Source of the DNA: Mobula hypostoma
Lineage: Eukaryota
NCBI RefSeq assembly: GCF_963921235.1
Contig: NC_086098.1
Span: 154,380,001-154,444,000, forward strand
Direction: 5' to 3'
DNA length: 64,000 nt
Under the pieces are notes generated by a model. It made no database searches. It saw only the letters and a program-made list of their open reading frames with translations, and was not told the DNA's origin. This document shows positions 1 to 12,569 of this stretch, piece after piece. Positions within the stretch are counted from its first letter, which is position 1. Every line of letters begins with the position of its first letter. The translations under genes and the position numbers were made by a program.

Positions 1-797
1 TGTGAGGTGCTGCATTTTGGTAGGACTAATCAAAATAGGACATGCATGGTAAATGGTAGGACATCGAAGAATGCAGTAGAACAGAGGGACCTAGCAATAA
101 TGGTGCATAGTTCCCGGAAGGTGGAATCTCATATGGATAGGGGCGGTGAAGAAAGCTTTTGGTATGCTGGCCTTTATATATCAGAGCATAGAGTATAGGA
201 GTTGGGGTGTAATGTTGAAATTGTATAAGGCATTTGTGAGGCCAAATTTGGAGAATTGTGTACAGTTCTGGTCACCGAATTATAGGAAAGAAGTCAATAA
301 AACTGAGAGAGTACAGAGGAGATTTACTAAAAGGATGCCTGGGTTTCATCTCCTAAGTTACAGAGAAAGGTTGAACAAATTAGGTCTTTATTTTCTGGAA
401 GCTTAGAAGGTTGAAGAGGAACTTGATAGAGGTATTTAATATTATGAGGGGGATAGATAGACTTGACGTGGATAGGCTTTTTCCATTGAGAGTGGGGGAG
501 ATTCAAACAAGAGGACATGAGTTGCGAGTTAAATGTCAAAAGTTTAGGGGTAACATGAGGGGGAACATCTTTACTCAGAGAGTGGTAGCTGTGTGGAACG
601 AGCTTCCAGCAGAAGTGGTTGTGGCAGGTTCGATGTTGTCATTTAAAGTTAAATTAGATAAATATATGGACAGGAAAGGAATGGAGGGTTATAGGCTGAA
701 TGCAGGTCGGTGGGACGAGGTGAGAGTAAGAGTTCGGCATGGACTAGAAGGCCCGAGATGGCCTGTTTCCGTGCTGTAATTGTTATATGGTTATATG
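1..797 (+). mobile_element. CR1-clade LINE, 3' end of ORF2 (RT C-terminus), 3' UTR and short repeat tail
   Basis: ORF fragments 146-406 and 411-779 read as CR1 ORF2 C-terminus (LYKAFVRPNLENCVQFWSP, FTQRVVAVWNELP). Ends in a ttatatgg-type tail. Closely similar to the copy at 46730-48120. Confidence 0.9.
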
Positions 798-2170
798 AAA
801 GATATGCCTTAATCCTCGTTGGATCATTCAGATTTTGCACTTCTACAGTCATCTTTTTCTGTGATTCCATTTGAAAGAATTCCTAAGACTGAATCCACGT
901 TTGCAAGGATTGATAGTTCTTCAAATTCTTTGTTTCTACGCAGGTAATTCAGCATATCAGTCAACCTCTTAATGGTACCAATAACTTGTCATAAATTACA
1001 AATTTCAAATCACAGTATTTCTACTATATTTTTTAGGCAACGCTTCCGTCGTAGTTCGTAATGGTAGCTGAATAACTCTCTCTCAGTCGCACAACAGCAC
1101 CAGGGTTAAAAGCTGACGATTCTCTTAGTCATCAGTAAATTTCTTGTCCAAGTGATTGCGCACACGTTGAATGTATAGAGTATGCGGATAATCGAAGTCA
1201 GAGCATATAGATGCCGGCAGAGCCTTTACTTTTGTCACGCCAATAAATAGTATCGGCATGATAATGAGACCCTACCATAATGTGTTCATTTTTGTTTCTG
1301 CATGCTGCGTTCCTTCGAGTGTATTCAAACAGCTTCTCTAATGGAATTTACAAAGCGTGCCAGATATTATAAACATTTTTAAGGACAATTAATTCTACCC
1401 GATATTATGTGTTGGCCAAAATCTTCAGGCAGTAGTTGTTGATTTGATCATTACATTCGTTAACTTCCTATTTGCAATGCTCGATCAAATCGTCATAAAT
1501 CCTCATAAAACCAGTAATGACAAAACGCCTTGACAGCTATGTAACTTTGTTTAGTGGTATAAATGAGACAACATCACATTCTCTGATACTAGCCAATTCT
1601 ACTAAGATTTTCTTTTTCACCCGACTAACTGTTGAACACAGGTCGTAGTAATGTTTCTACATACATATAATTCATATTTTTCCAATGCATCCTCTCATTC
1701 CAGGTCTTCTCTGTGTAGACCGCAATGTTGCTCAGACAGATGCTTTATTTCTTGTCCAAGAACTGCTGCCACAACATTAGTCTTTCTAACCAAAACATTT
1801 GCCCCGTCTGAGATAAACATCACCAGGTAATGAATATCAAGATTGTTGTTGATATAATTTTTATTGCTTCAACAATAGCGATACTGCCTCACGCAGTCAA
1901 TTACAAAAACCAGCAAAGACAGTTTGTGCGGACGTTTCATTTTTCGGTCGAAAGCTGATACATAACATTAACATTTTCTGTATAGAAGTGCCCGTACCTG
2001 CGTCATCAATTAGCATATGTAAAGAGGATTTCAGCAATTATGCCATTACCTGTTTCTGAAGCACATCACTGACGTACTCAACAAATTCTAATGCACAGTT
2101 CTTGCTGCAGCAACTCTCTGGTATATTTACATATTTGACCACATGGCCATCAATTTCTTGCATAGACTGC

Positions 2171-3650
2171 ATAGAAGCATTAGACCATAAGGCCACAAGA
2201 TATAGGAACAGAATTATGCCATTTGGCCCATCTAGTCTCCTCTGCCATTTCGTCATGGTTGATCCATTATTCCTCTCAGCCCAATCTCCAACCTTCTTCC
2301 GGCATCCCATCAACCCCTGACCATTCAAGGATCTGCCTACCTCAGCGTTAAATATTCATAAAGATGTGACCTCCACAGCTGCCAGTGGCCAAAAACTGTC
2401 TTTTCTAGCTAAAGAAATTCCTCCTCATCTAAAAGAACGCCTCTCTATTCTGAGGCTGTGCCCTCTGGTCCTAGACTTTCCCATCAGATGAAACACCTTC
2501 TGAACATCAATTCTACCAAGACCTTTCACCACTCGATAGGTTTCAATTAAGTCACCCCTCATTCTTCCAAATTCGAGTGAATAAAGTCCCAGAGCATTCA
2601 AACGTTCTTCATATGACAAACCGTTCAATCCAGTAATCATTTCCGTGAGCCTCCTTTGAACTTTCTCAAGTGTCAGCACATCATTTCCAATATAGCCCAA
2701 AACGGCTCACAATGCCCTAAGTGAGCACTGATCAATGTTTTATAAAGCCTCAACATTGCACCCTTCTTTTTATATTTTCGACCTCGTGAAATGAATTTTA
2801 ACAACACATTTCCCTTCTTCACCACAGACTCAACCTGCAAATTAACCTTTAGGGAATCTTGCACAAGTCACACAAGTCTCTCTGTGCCTCAGATTTTTGA
2901 ATTTTCTCTCCATCCAGTATCTCTCCTGTAATATCATCGGCTCTTAATTGTTAAGCAGCTTCGTGTGTGGCATCTTGTCAAAGGCCTTCTGAAAATTCAA
3001 GTCCACAACATTCACCGAATTTCCTTTGTCTACCCTGTTTGTTATTTCGTTAAAGAATGCCAATAGATTTGTCAAGCAATATTTTCCCGTAAGGAAACTA
3101 TGCTGACTACGTCCTATTTTATCACGTGTTTCCAAATACCCCAAAAGCACATCCGTAACAATCGGTGCCATCCCAACAACTGAGTTCAGACTAACTGGCC
3201 TATAATTTCCTTCTGCTGCCTCTCTCCCATTTTGAGGTGTGGAGTGACAATTGCATTTTTGTTCTGTCTTCCAAAACGATTTTAGAATCAAATGAGTCTT
3301 GAAAGATAATTACCAAATACCTTACCGCAGCCTCATCAGCCTCCTCGTTCGGAACACTGTGGCATACACAATATGGACCCGGTGTTTTATCTATCTGCAG
3401 ACCTTTCAGTTTCCCAAGAACTTTCTCCCTTAAAATGGCACTCCTGACCCCTGACAATCTGGAACTTCCACCATACTGCTCGTGTCTTCCACGGTGAATA
3501 CTGATGCAAACTGATGAACTTATTCACTTCATCCGCCATTTCCTTCTCCGTCATTACTGCTTCTCCGGTTGTCCGTTATCCATTCTCATCTCCTTTTACA
3601 CTTTATGTTTCTGAAGAAACTTACGATGAATTGACTTTATTTTTTCCATG
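2171..3650 (-). mobile_element. Degraded CR1 LINE (RT region to 3' end)
   Basis: Minus-strand fragments NYRPVSLNSVVG, HSFLTGKYCLTNL, LNFQKAFDKMPH, LEKVQRRLTEMI; multiple frameshifts. Confidence 0.85.
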
Positions 3651-3719
3651 CTTCACATACCTGAGGAGGGAAAATCTTTACGTTACGTCTCCATCTAAAT
3701 GTGTCATGTACAATCTATA

Positions 3720-4890
3720 ATAAGTATAATAAATTATAATAAGTAGAACAGTCAATGTAATATAGAGTGCACTCAAGTCAGCGTGGGTTCGTCAGTCTGA
3801 TGGCCAGGGTGGAAGAAGCTACCCCGGAGGCTGTTAATCCTGGCTTTTATGCTGCGGTACCACTTCCCGGATGGAAGCAGCTGGACTAGATTGTGGTTGG
3901 GATAGCTTGGGTCCCCAATGATCCTACACACCTTTTTACACACCTGACCCTGTAAATTTCTTGGATCATGGGAAGTTCACAACTACAGATGCGCTGGGCT
4001 GTCCGCGCCACTCTCTGCAGAGTCCTGCAATTAAGGGAGGTACAGTTCCCATAGCAGGCAGTGATGCAGCCAGTCAGGATGCTCTCAATTGTGCCCTGTA
4101 GAAAGTCCTTAGGATTTGGGGGCCCAGACCAAACTTCCTCAACCGACTGAGGTGAAACAGGGGCTGTTGTGCCTTTTTCACCACACAGCTGGTGTGTGCA
4201 GACCACGTGAGATCCTCGGTGATGTGCATGCCGAGGAACTTAAAGCTGTTTGCCCTGTCATCCCCAAATCCATTGATGTCAATCGGAGTTAGCTGTCTCC
4301 ATTCCTCCTGTATTCCACAACCAGCTCCTTTGTTTTTCCGACATTGAGGGAGAGGTTGTTTTCTTAACATCATGGTTTCAGAGAACTGACTTCTCCCCTG
4401 TAGACCACCTCGTTATTGTTTGAGATAAAGCCAATCAGATAAGGCTGTGAGTGGCGATACAGTCATAGATAAACAGGGAGTAAAGGACGGGACTCAGTAC
4501 GCAGCCCTGGGGGGTTCCTGTTTTGAGAGTCAGAGGGTGAGGGTTGGAGGTGAGGGAGCTCCCTCTTATAAACTGCAAATGATCTGACAGGAAGTCCAGG
4601 ATCCAGCTGCACAAGGCAGGGTCAAGGTCGAGGTCCCTAAGCTTCTTGTCGACCCTGGATGAGACTATGGTGTTGAATACTGAACTGTAGTCCAAGAACA
4701 ACATTCTCAAATAAGCATCCATCTTCTCCAGATGTGTAAGGACGGTATGTAGAGCAGTAGCTATTGCGTCATCTTTCGATCTGTTGTGTCGGTAGGCGAA
4801 TTGTGGAGGTCCAGTGTGGGTGGCAGCCTGCTGCAGATGTAATCCTTGACCAGCGTCTCAAAGCATTAGCATATTATTGAGGTGAGTGCG
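3720..4890 (-). mobile_element. Rex1/Babar-clade LINE fragment (RT to 3' end)
   Basis: RMLFLDYSSVFNTI, LCSWILDFLS, GTPQGCVLSPVLYSLF, SFKFLGMHITEDLTWS, ESILTGCITACYG in ORFs 3886-4722, typical of Rex1/Babar RT. Confidence 0.85.
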
Positions 4891-4959
4891 ACGTGTATCC
4901 TTGAACGTTAGGTCCCAGTTCTAATCTTGTCCCAGCCACAATTGCACGATGTCTACTGC

Positions 4960-5400
4960 ATCATACATGCCAATCTGTAACTATGCTGCAAGTTCATCTA
5001 CCTTTTTCAGTGTACTGTTCGCATTCAAGTATAACACCTTCAGTCCTGTATTCACCCTTTTGGATTTTGTCTGCCTTTTACATTGTAACTCATCCTGTTG
5101 AAATAAATTTGCCCTATCATCAACCACTCCTTGCATTTGTCTCACTACACCTTCCCTTTGATTTAAATCAACTTCCTCATTCTCAGTACTATCGCTCCGG
5201 TTCCCATCGCCCGGCCAAGTTACTTTAAACCCCACTGATTAAATCCAGCATATCTGCCCGCAAGGATATCGGACCCCCACATGCTCAGGTGTAACACGGC
5301 CCTTTTGTACAGGCCATACCTTCTCCAGAAAAGATCCCAATGATCCATAAATATGAGCCCCTGCTTTCTGCACCAGTTCCTCAGCCACGCATACACATGC
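4960..5400 (-). mobile_element. CR1 LINE fragment spanning the ORF1/ORF2 junction (start of APE domain)
   Basis: GLKVLYLNANSTLKKVDELAA resembles the CR1 endonuclease N-terminus (consensus-like LYxNARSIxNK). Confidence 0.65.
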
Positions 5401-6434
5401 CATCATTCAGATGTGTACTCTGCGCGACGGTGTACCCTTCCATCGCCGGATAGTCACCAAGTTACCCGTTTCCTGAAATCTAGGGATAATTTTAGTTGCT
5501 AACTGCTACAATTAAGGCAAAACTCGGAGACGTTATTCGTGCACAGTGTAGCCGAATAGGTCTTCTTCTTGACTCGCGGTCACCCTGAAACTCTGAACAC
5601 GTCCGCGCGCGCAGAATTAGTAGTTCAAACGTTAATTGATGGATGGACAAGCCCGCGGAATCCACCGATCACGTGATGATGCATGACAGACCGATAAACA
5701 GTCACATGTGGATAGGACATCTTTGCACCCGTACGTTTCATCATATTCCACCGGTCTTCTGGTCAGTTCTGATTGGCACAATCCGGATGCCGCAGAATCG
5801 GGCTCTGGGACTTGCCTGTGGTTAGAGAGGACAGGAAGGTACTGGTCAAGGCCCTAGCAATCTGGTATCTCTCCTCCTTCCATAACCTGTGGCAAATCCC
5901 ACCCGTCAGCATGCGCAAAATACCACTTTTCTTCTGGTTCCGTAATTTGGTAACTGTATCTATGTGAATTATTTAGTTAAGCTGTCATTTTAATTAATTA
6001 GTCTTCCATTCTTCCCACTTTTAGCAATACTGAACTGGTCCCTAATCTTGATTGTAAAAATATCGTCATATTTTATCCTTTTGTTCTTGATGCGAATTGA
6101 GCAGTTCAATACTTCTGAGTTGCAAAAGCTGTTCTATCCTTCCGTTCTGTAAATTAAAACCTCGGGTGGCCATTGTAATAAAGCAACGTCAACCCACAGT
6201 TTAACTGGATGCTCAGTTGATTTTCTAAAGACCCATTCGCGTCAGTTACCCGCCCCAGTACCCCAAGTCGGACGTCTTTTTACTGCGATTCCGGGAAACA
6301 TTTGGGAACATTTCTTTTTCTGCGCAGAGAGGATTGCAAATGCCTCCAAATACGGCAGTGTAGACATTCATTCATGTTCTGTTACTTTGAGACTGGTGTG
6401 CTAAAGGACGAGATAAATAGTGTAATGGATAGAT

Positions 6435-8090
6435 ATAGATATAGACATAGAACACTACAGAACAATGCTGTGCCGAACCAGCTAAAAAGTAAATCATAAA
6501 CACCCAAATACTGATCCATTCTACTAACGCAATGTCCATATCCCTCCATCTTCATAGCATCCCTGTGCCTATCCAAACGGCTCTTCAAACCCTCTAATGC
6601 ATTTGCATCTTCCACCATATCAGGCAGAGCATTCCATACATCCACAACTCTCTGAGTAAAGAAAAATACCCCTCACAACCCAATTGAACTTATACCCCCT
6701 CAACTTCAATGCATGCCTTCTGGTATTGGACAATTTAACCTTGGGAGACAGCTACGGACTGTCTATACTGTCAATCCCTCCCATAAACTAATAAACCTCT
6801 AGCATATCTCCCTTCAGCCACCGCTATTCCGGAGGAAACAAAGCAATTTATCCATCCTTACATGATGCCCTTGCCCTCTAAACAAGGCAGCATCCTCGCC
6901 AAAGCCTCAACATTCTTCCAACAGTGTGACAACCAGAACGGTATGCAATGCGTACTCAAGATGTGACCTAACCAGAGTTTTATAAAATTGCAACATAACC
7001 TCTTGACTTTTGAACTCAATACCTCGGCTATTAGAAATAAACATTCCATAAGCCTTTCAACTACCCTATCGACCTATGTAGCCACTTTCAAAGAGCTATG
7101 AATTTGGATCCCACTGCTAAGCATCTTGCCCTTAATAGTGTACAGTTTCCTAGCGTTTCCACAACCGAAGTGTAACACCGCACATTTATTTGGGTTAAAT
7201 CCCATCTGCCATTTCTCTACCCATATTGGCAAATGATCTATAGTACAGTGTATCTTTGCCAGTTTTCTACACCATCCACAACTCCACCAATCTTAATATC
7301 ATCCGCAAACTTACTAACATGGCCATCTACATATGCATCCAGGTCATTTATGTACATCGCAAACGGCAGAGGTCCCACGACAAATCCCCGCGAAGCACCA
7401 GTAATTACAGCCGTCCATCTTGATTATATCCCTTCAACCACTATCCGTTGTGCAAGTCAGTTCTGAATCCAAACAGCCAATTCATCACGGACCCCATGCA
7501 TCTTAAATATTAGTCTCCCAGGACAGACTTTGTCAAACGCCTTACTAAAATCTATGCAACCAACATCTACTGCCCTAACCTCATCAATCTCTCTCGTCAC
7601 CTTGTCAAAAACACTGTCAAGTTGATAATACAGGACCTGCTCCACACAGAGCCGTGTTGGCTCTCCCTAAGAGGGTCGTGAGTTTCCAAGTACTCACATG
7701 CCCTATTCCTAATGATTTTCTCCACTAATTTCCCTACAGCTGACGTGAGAATCACTGGTCTATAGTTCCCCAGGATTTTCCCTTGTTCCCTTCGTAAATA
7801 GATGTACAACTTTAGCCACACCCCAGTCCCCCGGGACCTCGCCTCTGGCTAGAGAGGACAGGACGGTACTGGTCAATGCCCCCTCAATCACGGATTTTGC
7901 CTCTTTCAATAATCTAGGGTAAATCCCACCAGACACTGGGGATTTACCCACGTTAATACACTTTAGGAGGCCCAACACTTCCTCCCCCTTGAACTCGGAA
8001 CGCCCTAACGCATTTATGCACTCAGCACTAATTTCCTGGCCCTCAATATTGTTTTCCTTGGTAAATGCTGAAGGAAAATACACTTTAAGT
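6435..8090 (-). mobile_element. Degraded CR1 LINE (RT and 3' end)
   Basis: GKSPVSGGIYPRLLKE, NYRPVILTSAVGKL, IDFSKAFDKV, VWNALPDMVEDA on the minus strand. Confidence 0.85.
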
Positions 8091-9759
8091 AATAATAATA
8101 AACATGCTCCGTGGCTTAGGCATTTAGTCATTTTTGCGCTCGTGGTTTTTGCAGTATTCATAGAACTAGAGAATTTAAGAATCATTGATGAGCCACCTGG
8201 ACGTCCCGTAGCCCGGCCAGTCGCGATTATTTTTCTCCGATTGGAATGCTCTGATTAGTGATCCCACCACCAACGCCGACAGCTAACTAGCAGGGCAAAG
8301 AAGAATCCGAATAGAGATCAGACCAGAGGCCCCGTTTCCGGAGGGCTATGCCGGATTTCCAGTTGCCAATGTTATTTTCAACTCTCTGCAACAGTCAATT
8401 GAGATATTTGAAGCAAGCGATTCAATTTGAATCTAAACAGACAAATAATAGTAATAATAAAAGAAAACATTAAAGTGGGAAAATAATTTTAAAATAAAAC
8501 AAGCTCAATACGCAAACCCATGCTTCGGTTTTCCTTTTAATATTAAACTGGTGGAAAATAAATGGGACGCTTTGTAATTACGCCGCTGCGTTGAACGGCA
8601 GCGGAGTGCACTGTAGGGTGTACTGACAGCTGAGCGTCAGCATTTCTTCCTGTCCCCGAGCTCGCACAGAAATCCCGATCACCCAAGGTTCGTCAGTGTA
8701 GCTCTGCTTCTTCGTTTGACTATTCTATGAATCTATAAATTTGGAGGGGGGATTCATATATCTTGGAAGCAGAAGGAACATAAATTTCAGTACAACTGAC
8801 ATTATTTGCCATTTCATCACAAAGTAGTACAGTTTGGATCATCCTCAATATTGATATATCTGGATCAGCACCAAGGTGATACAGCGTGGCGACTGTTAAG
8901 AGTTATGCCTTCTTCGTGCAAAATCAGGCTGTAAGTTCAATTCCTTCCCACTCTATCTCATCCTTGCTCATCCTTGACAACGTCAACTTGCGAAACTTGA
9001 GTGTTCCCTAGAGCAGAACATTTTTTTGATCTAAGTGCACAAGATCGCGACGGTTATACTGCAAATAGGAAGAATACGTTGGAACCCGGTCCCATCAGAT
9101 GATAGGACAAGGACCCGTGAACAAAGTATAATTAAAGAGTGAAATCACAACGAGAACGTAGATGGTAGCAAGTTTTCTCGAAATGTTTTTACTGCAGAGC
9201 AGCGACCCGTGATAATCTGGAACACGAGGAGAGGTTTCAGAAACAGACTCAACCAGACATTCAGAAATGAGTTGGACATCATTTGTGGATAAGCGATCGA
9301 TTGGGAAAGAGCGGGGTGGGTTTAGATGGGTTGTCGCTACAGGCGTTAAAATGCTTGTTCCTTCACTTTGGCCCGTCATCACTCCCCGAGGCAACTAACT
9401 GAAGTTGAGCTGCACGGTCGAATTGATATTGGAGGTGGTTTGAGGGTTGGGAGAACACGCTTCACCCACCCTCTTATATCCTCTCCCTTGTTGTCTTTCT
9501 TATATTCTTTGTTTTGTGTCATGGAATCCAAAGAAATTGAAACTTCTGTCCGTTTTATTCCTTGTCCAAGTCTGAGAATCGTCGATCATGTTATTCACTT
9601 TCCAACCTTTCAAAGTTTTTTTAAAGTTTGGAATTGTATTTCTTAGCAACTGCCTGATCGCTTTGGTCCTCGAGTTTCCCCCAGTTCCACCAAGCCTATG
9701 CTCTATTTCAGTCTTTTCACCTCTTTCTTTTCCAATATAAAAGCGTGCCTGCTGTGCAG

Positions 9760-9841
9760 ATTTGTATGTGTTGTCACAAAATGAGAAGCCAGCGCTACGT
9801 CAGCATGTATTTGCATAATTAATGACCGAAACCATATATAA
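9760..9841 (+). promoter_or_regulatory. Ig light-chain cluster A promoter: variant octamer, CRE-like motif, perfect octamer, TATA box
   Basis: ATTTGTAT 9760-9767, TACGTCA 9796-9802, ATTTGCAT 9809-9816, TATATAA 9835-9841; ATG at 9938. An octamer in this orientation about 100-130 bp upstream of the leader is the established Ig light-chain promoter signature. Confidence 0.8.
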
Positions 9842-9937
9842 CAAAGTTCGGACTGTTTTAAATGCTTTTCAGAACGAGACGCAGTAGCTTCCTATTCGGA
9901 AACATTCTGAGTCAGCTCTTCAGCCAAAATCTCCAGA

Positions 9938-9986
9938 ATGAGATCGTGGATTGGAGTTCTCGCTGCACTGGTCCTTTGTCTTCATA
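9938..9986 (+). CDS. IGL: IgL cluster A leader exon (MRSWIGVLAALVLCLH + 1 nt)
   Basis: ATG, 16 hydrophobic codons plus 1 nt, then a GTAAGT donor at 9987. Same 49-nt length and phase as the cluster B leader. Confidence 0.92.
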
Positions 9987-10120
9987 GTAAGTACAGTACT
10001 GTGTAACATTGGCGTTCTACGTTGTTTCCCAATCGTACATGTGTTCTGTGAATACGAATAGCAATTGGTTTTCCCAGTTGCACCGAGTTCGATTAAATAA
10101 AAGGACTTTATTTACACCAG

Positions 10121-10450
10121 GTACAGACGCTGTTGCTACGTTGATGCAGGTGAAATCGGTCTCGGCCGCTCCGGGGGAAACCGTCAAGATCAACTGCATC
10201 ATGTCTGGAGACAGCATCGATAACTGGTTCACCAGCTGGTATTGGAAGAAGCCCGGCAGTATTCCACGGCTGATCTGGTCTGAGAAAAACGGCAGACCCT
10301 CGGGAATTTCAGATCGATTACAAGGTTCTGTAAAAATATCGGAACGCGGGATGTTTTTAACTATCGCGAACGTAAAATCCGAAGACGCTGCTGATTACTA
10401 TTGTTATGCTGCACGCACCTTTGGTAAAGGAACGAAGCTCAATGTGATTA
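10121..10450 (+). CDS. IGL: IgL cluster A pre-joined VJ exon, type II (lambda-like), divergent
   Basis: Acceptor tttacaccAG ends at 10120. Frame gives STDAVATLMQVKSVSAAPGETVKINC...SWYWKKPG...DAADYYC-YAART-FGKGTKLNVI, then GTAAGT at 10451. Both V cysteines, the core Trp and FGxG are present; no RSS or intervening DNA between V and J. Confidence 0.93.
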
Positions 10451-10614
10451 GTAAGTAATTTATTCGCAATCTAAATTAATCGTTTCAGCGACGCGTTTAC
10501 CGTTCCTTTCATTGCAGTTTTGTCAGGAATTTTTCACAGCGGATTTCGTGGAACAGATCTGCCCACGTTGCTCTACTTAAAAACAAGTTCCCCACAGCGG
10601 ATAATACACGTCAG

Positions 10615-10790
10615 GTCTCACACAAAATGCTGGAGGAACTCAGTAGGCCAGGCAGCATCTATAGAAAAGAGTAAACAGTCGCGGTTTGGGGCCGAGACCC
10701 TTCATCGGGACCTCATCATGAGTCCTAATGAAGAGTCTTGGCCGAAACGCCGGCTGTTTACCATGTTCTTACCCTCAGTGGCGCGGGGCA
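10615..10790. mobile_element. Short inverted-repeat element with two back-to-back degenerate hammerhead-like motifs (Penelope-type terminal repeat)
   Basis: cacaaaatgctggaggaactcag...ggcagcatcta arm; motif on - strand 10676-10711 and on + strand 10721-10756. Same family as 26420, 40965, 48440 and 50483. Confidence 0.7.
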
Positions 10791-11746
10791 CAGGCAGCGA
10801 TCCAAAGATTATTAACCTGGAGGTCCTGTTTTTCATTTCAAATTCAAGTCGGTGACAATTTGTGTTGGATAAAACATCGACCCGGCGACTTGTGTCTTTT
10901 TAAAATGTGGTTCTGATTAACAGTGCTTTCGTTGAAATCCGCGACTTGCATTTTATTTATTAATGGCTTTCCTCTTCCACTGGCCATTCGCGAAAGGCAA
11001 ATATGATACATCTTTGGAATCAGAATACAAATACAAATTATGGAAAATCGCAGCAGTAGTCAAGGACGGGTAGAAAAGGCTAACATTCTTCCTCTCTCAA
11101 TAGCAGCTGCCCGGGAATTTGAGTTCGTGCAGTGTTTTCCACCTTTTTGAAACATTATGTAGCAATTACTCCGATTGATCTTAACATGGTAGGGTTACAT
11201 GTTCGTAGGAATATACTTTCTATAGAGGTTTTCGTAATTTAACCCGTGGAAACTCTTGGGAGCCACGAGAAAGTTACTTTAACATGATTACGACTTTTCA
11301 GACTTCTGGTGCCAAGTCCTGATATCCACCGATGGGAATGTTGCCACTGAGACCATAATCATATGTAATTGTTCCATTATATTACGTCGAGCTACTAATT
11401 TCTTTTAGTTCGAAACTTTAATGCCTTCTTTTCTGAGGTACGAAAATATTTGCAACTTGCAAAGGGCTGAAAAGACAATGTTTTATTTTCAGTTGAATTT
11501 GGCTGCATGTTTTTTTTTCTCCTGAAGCCACGTTCCCTTATGAAAGTTTTAAAATTTTCATTGCAGTGTTTATAACATTTACACATTAATGCTAAGGGTT
11601 CGCAAACACCCTCGCATTTTTTAGTCTTTTCTTGCTTCAATCGAGATTTACGTTCGGATGCGTAATTGCGCAGGCTGATAAATTCGGCAGTAACTGAAGA
11701 ATGAATACACTGAGTCTTCGCTTCCTGAAGCTCCGAATAATGAGAG

Positions 11747-12316
11747 ATAGAAACATAGAAAATAGGTGCAGGAGTAGGCCATTCGGCCCTTCGAGCCTGC
11801 ACCGCCATTTATTATGATCATGGCTGATCATCCAACTCAGAACCCCGCCCCAGCCTTCCCTCCATACCCCCTGACCCCCGTAGCCACAAGGGCCATATCT
11901 AACTCCCTCTTAAACATAGCCAATGAACTGGCCTCAACAGTCTGCTGTGGCAGAGAATTCCACAGATTCACCACTCTCTGTGTGAAGAAGTTTTTCCTAA
12001 TCTCGGTCCTAAAAGGCTTCCCTTCTATCCTCAAACTGTGACCCCTCGTTCTGGACTTCCCCAACATCGGGAACAATCTTCCTGCATCTAGCCTGTCCAA
12101 TCCCTTTAGGATCTTATACGTTTCAATCAGATCCCCCCTCAATCTTCTAAATTCCAACGAGTACAAGCCCAGTTCATCCAGTCTTTCTTCATATGAAAGT
12201 CCTGCCATCCCAGGAATCAATCTGGTGAACCTTCTTTGTAATCCCTCTATGGCAAAGATGTCTTTCCTCAGATTAGGGGACCAAAACTGCACACAATACT
12301 CCAGGTGTGGTCTCAC
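11747..12316 (-). mobile_element. Young 5'-truncated CR1 LINE (about 570 bp)
   Basis: Uninterrupted 159-aa ORF2 C-terminus (RPHLEYCVQFWSP...FFTQRVVNLWNSLP), 3' UTR and tttctatg-type tail. Confidence 0.92.
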
Positions 12317-12569
12317 GGTGTAGATGCGAGGAATGTGAGATGTCTCTTGATTGAATGTCTCGAACCAGGGGATGACATTCTGGACATAACAAGTCTGTTA
12401 TTCAGGGCTGAAAATTATATTCAACCAGCGGGTAGAGGGAAACTTTGCCAAGGGGGATTGTGGCCAGTAGCAGGAGATATATTCCGGAGAGTTTCTTTTC
12501 AGCATTAGGAGAATCCAGGTTTATGAGGGTCGGTGTGGGAAAGTGAGGCTTAATGAGGAGGTGAGTTGT

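Noticed and set aside
6601-6608. Perfect octamer ATTTGCAT
   Set aside because: Lies inside a CR1 3' fragment with no leader or V nearby.
9095-9394. 99-aa minus-strand ORF with a hydrophobic stretch upstream of cluster A
   Set aside because: The opposite strand reads as a decayed CR1 3' end; shadow ORF.
10121-10450. Assignment to TCR, kappa or sigma/sigma-cart classes
   Set aside because: Single C exon ending in a stop with no transmembrane exon; WYWxKP, a short CDR2 and gap-free alignment to cluster B fit type II. Sigma types have a long CDR2 and kappa a longer CDR1.
10121-10450. Processed pseudogene origin of the joined VJ
   Set aside because: Leader and J-C introns and the promoter are retained in both clusters.
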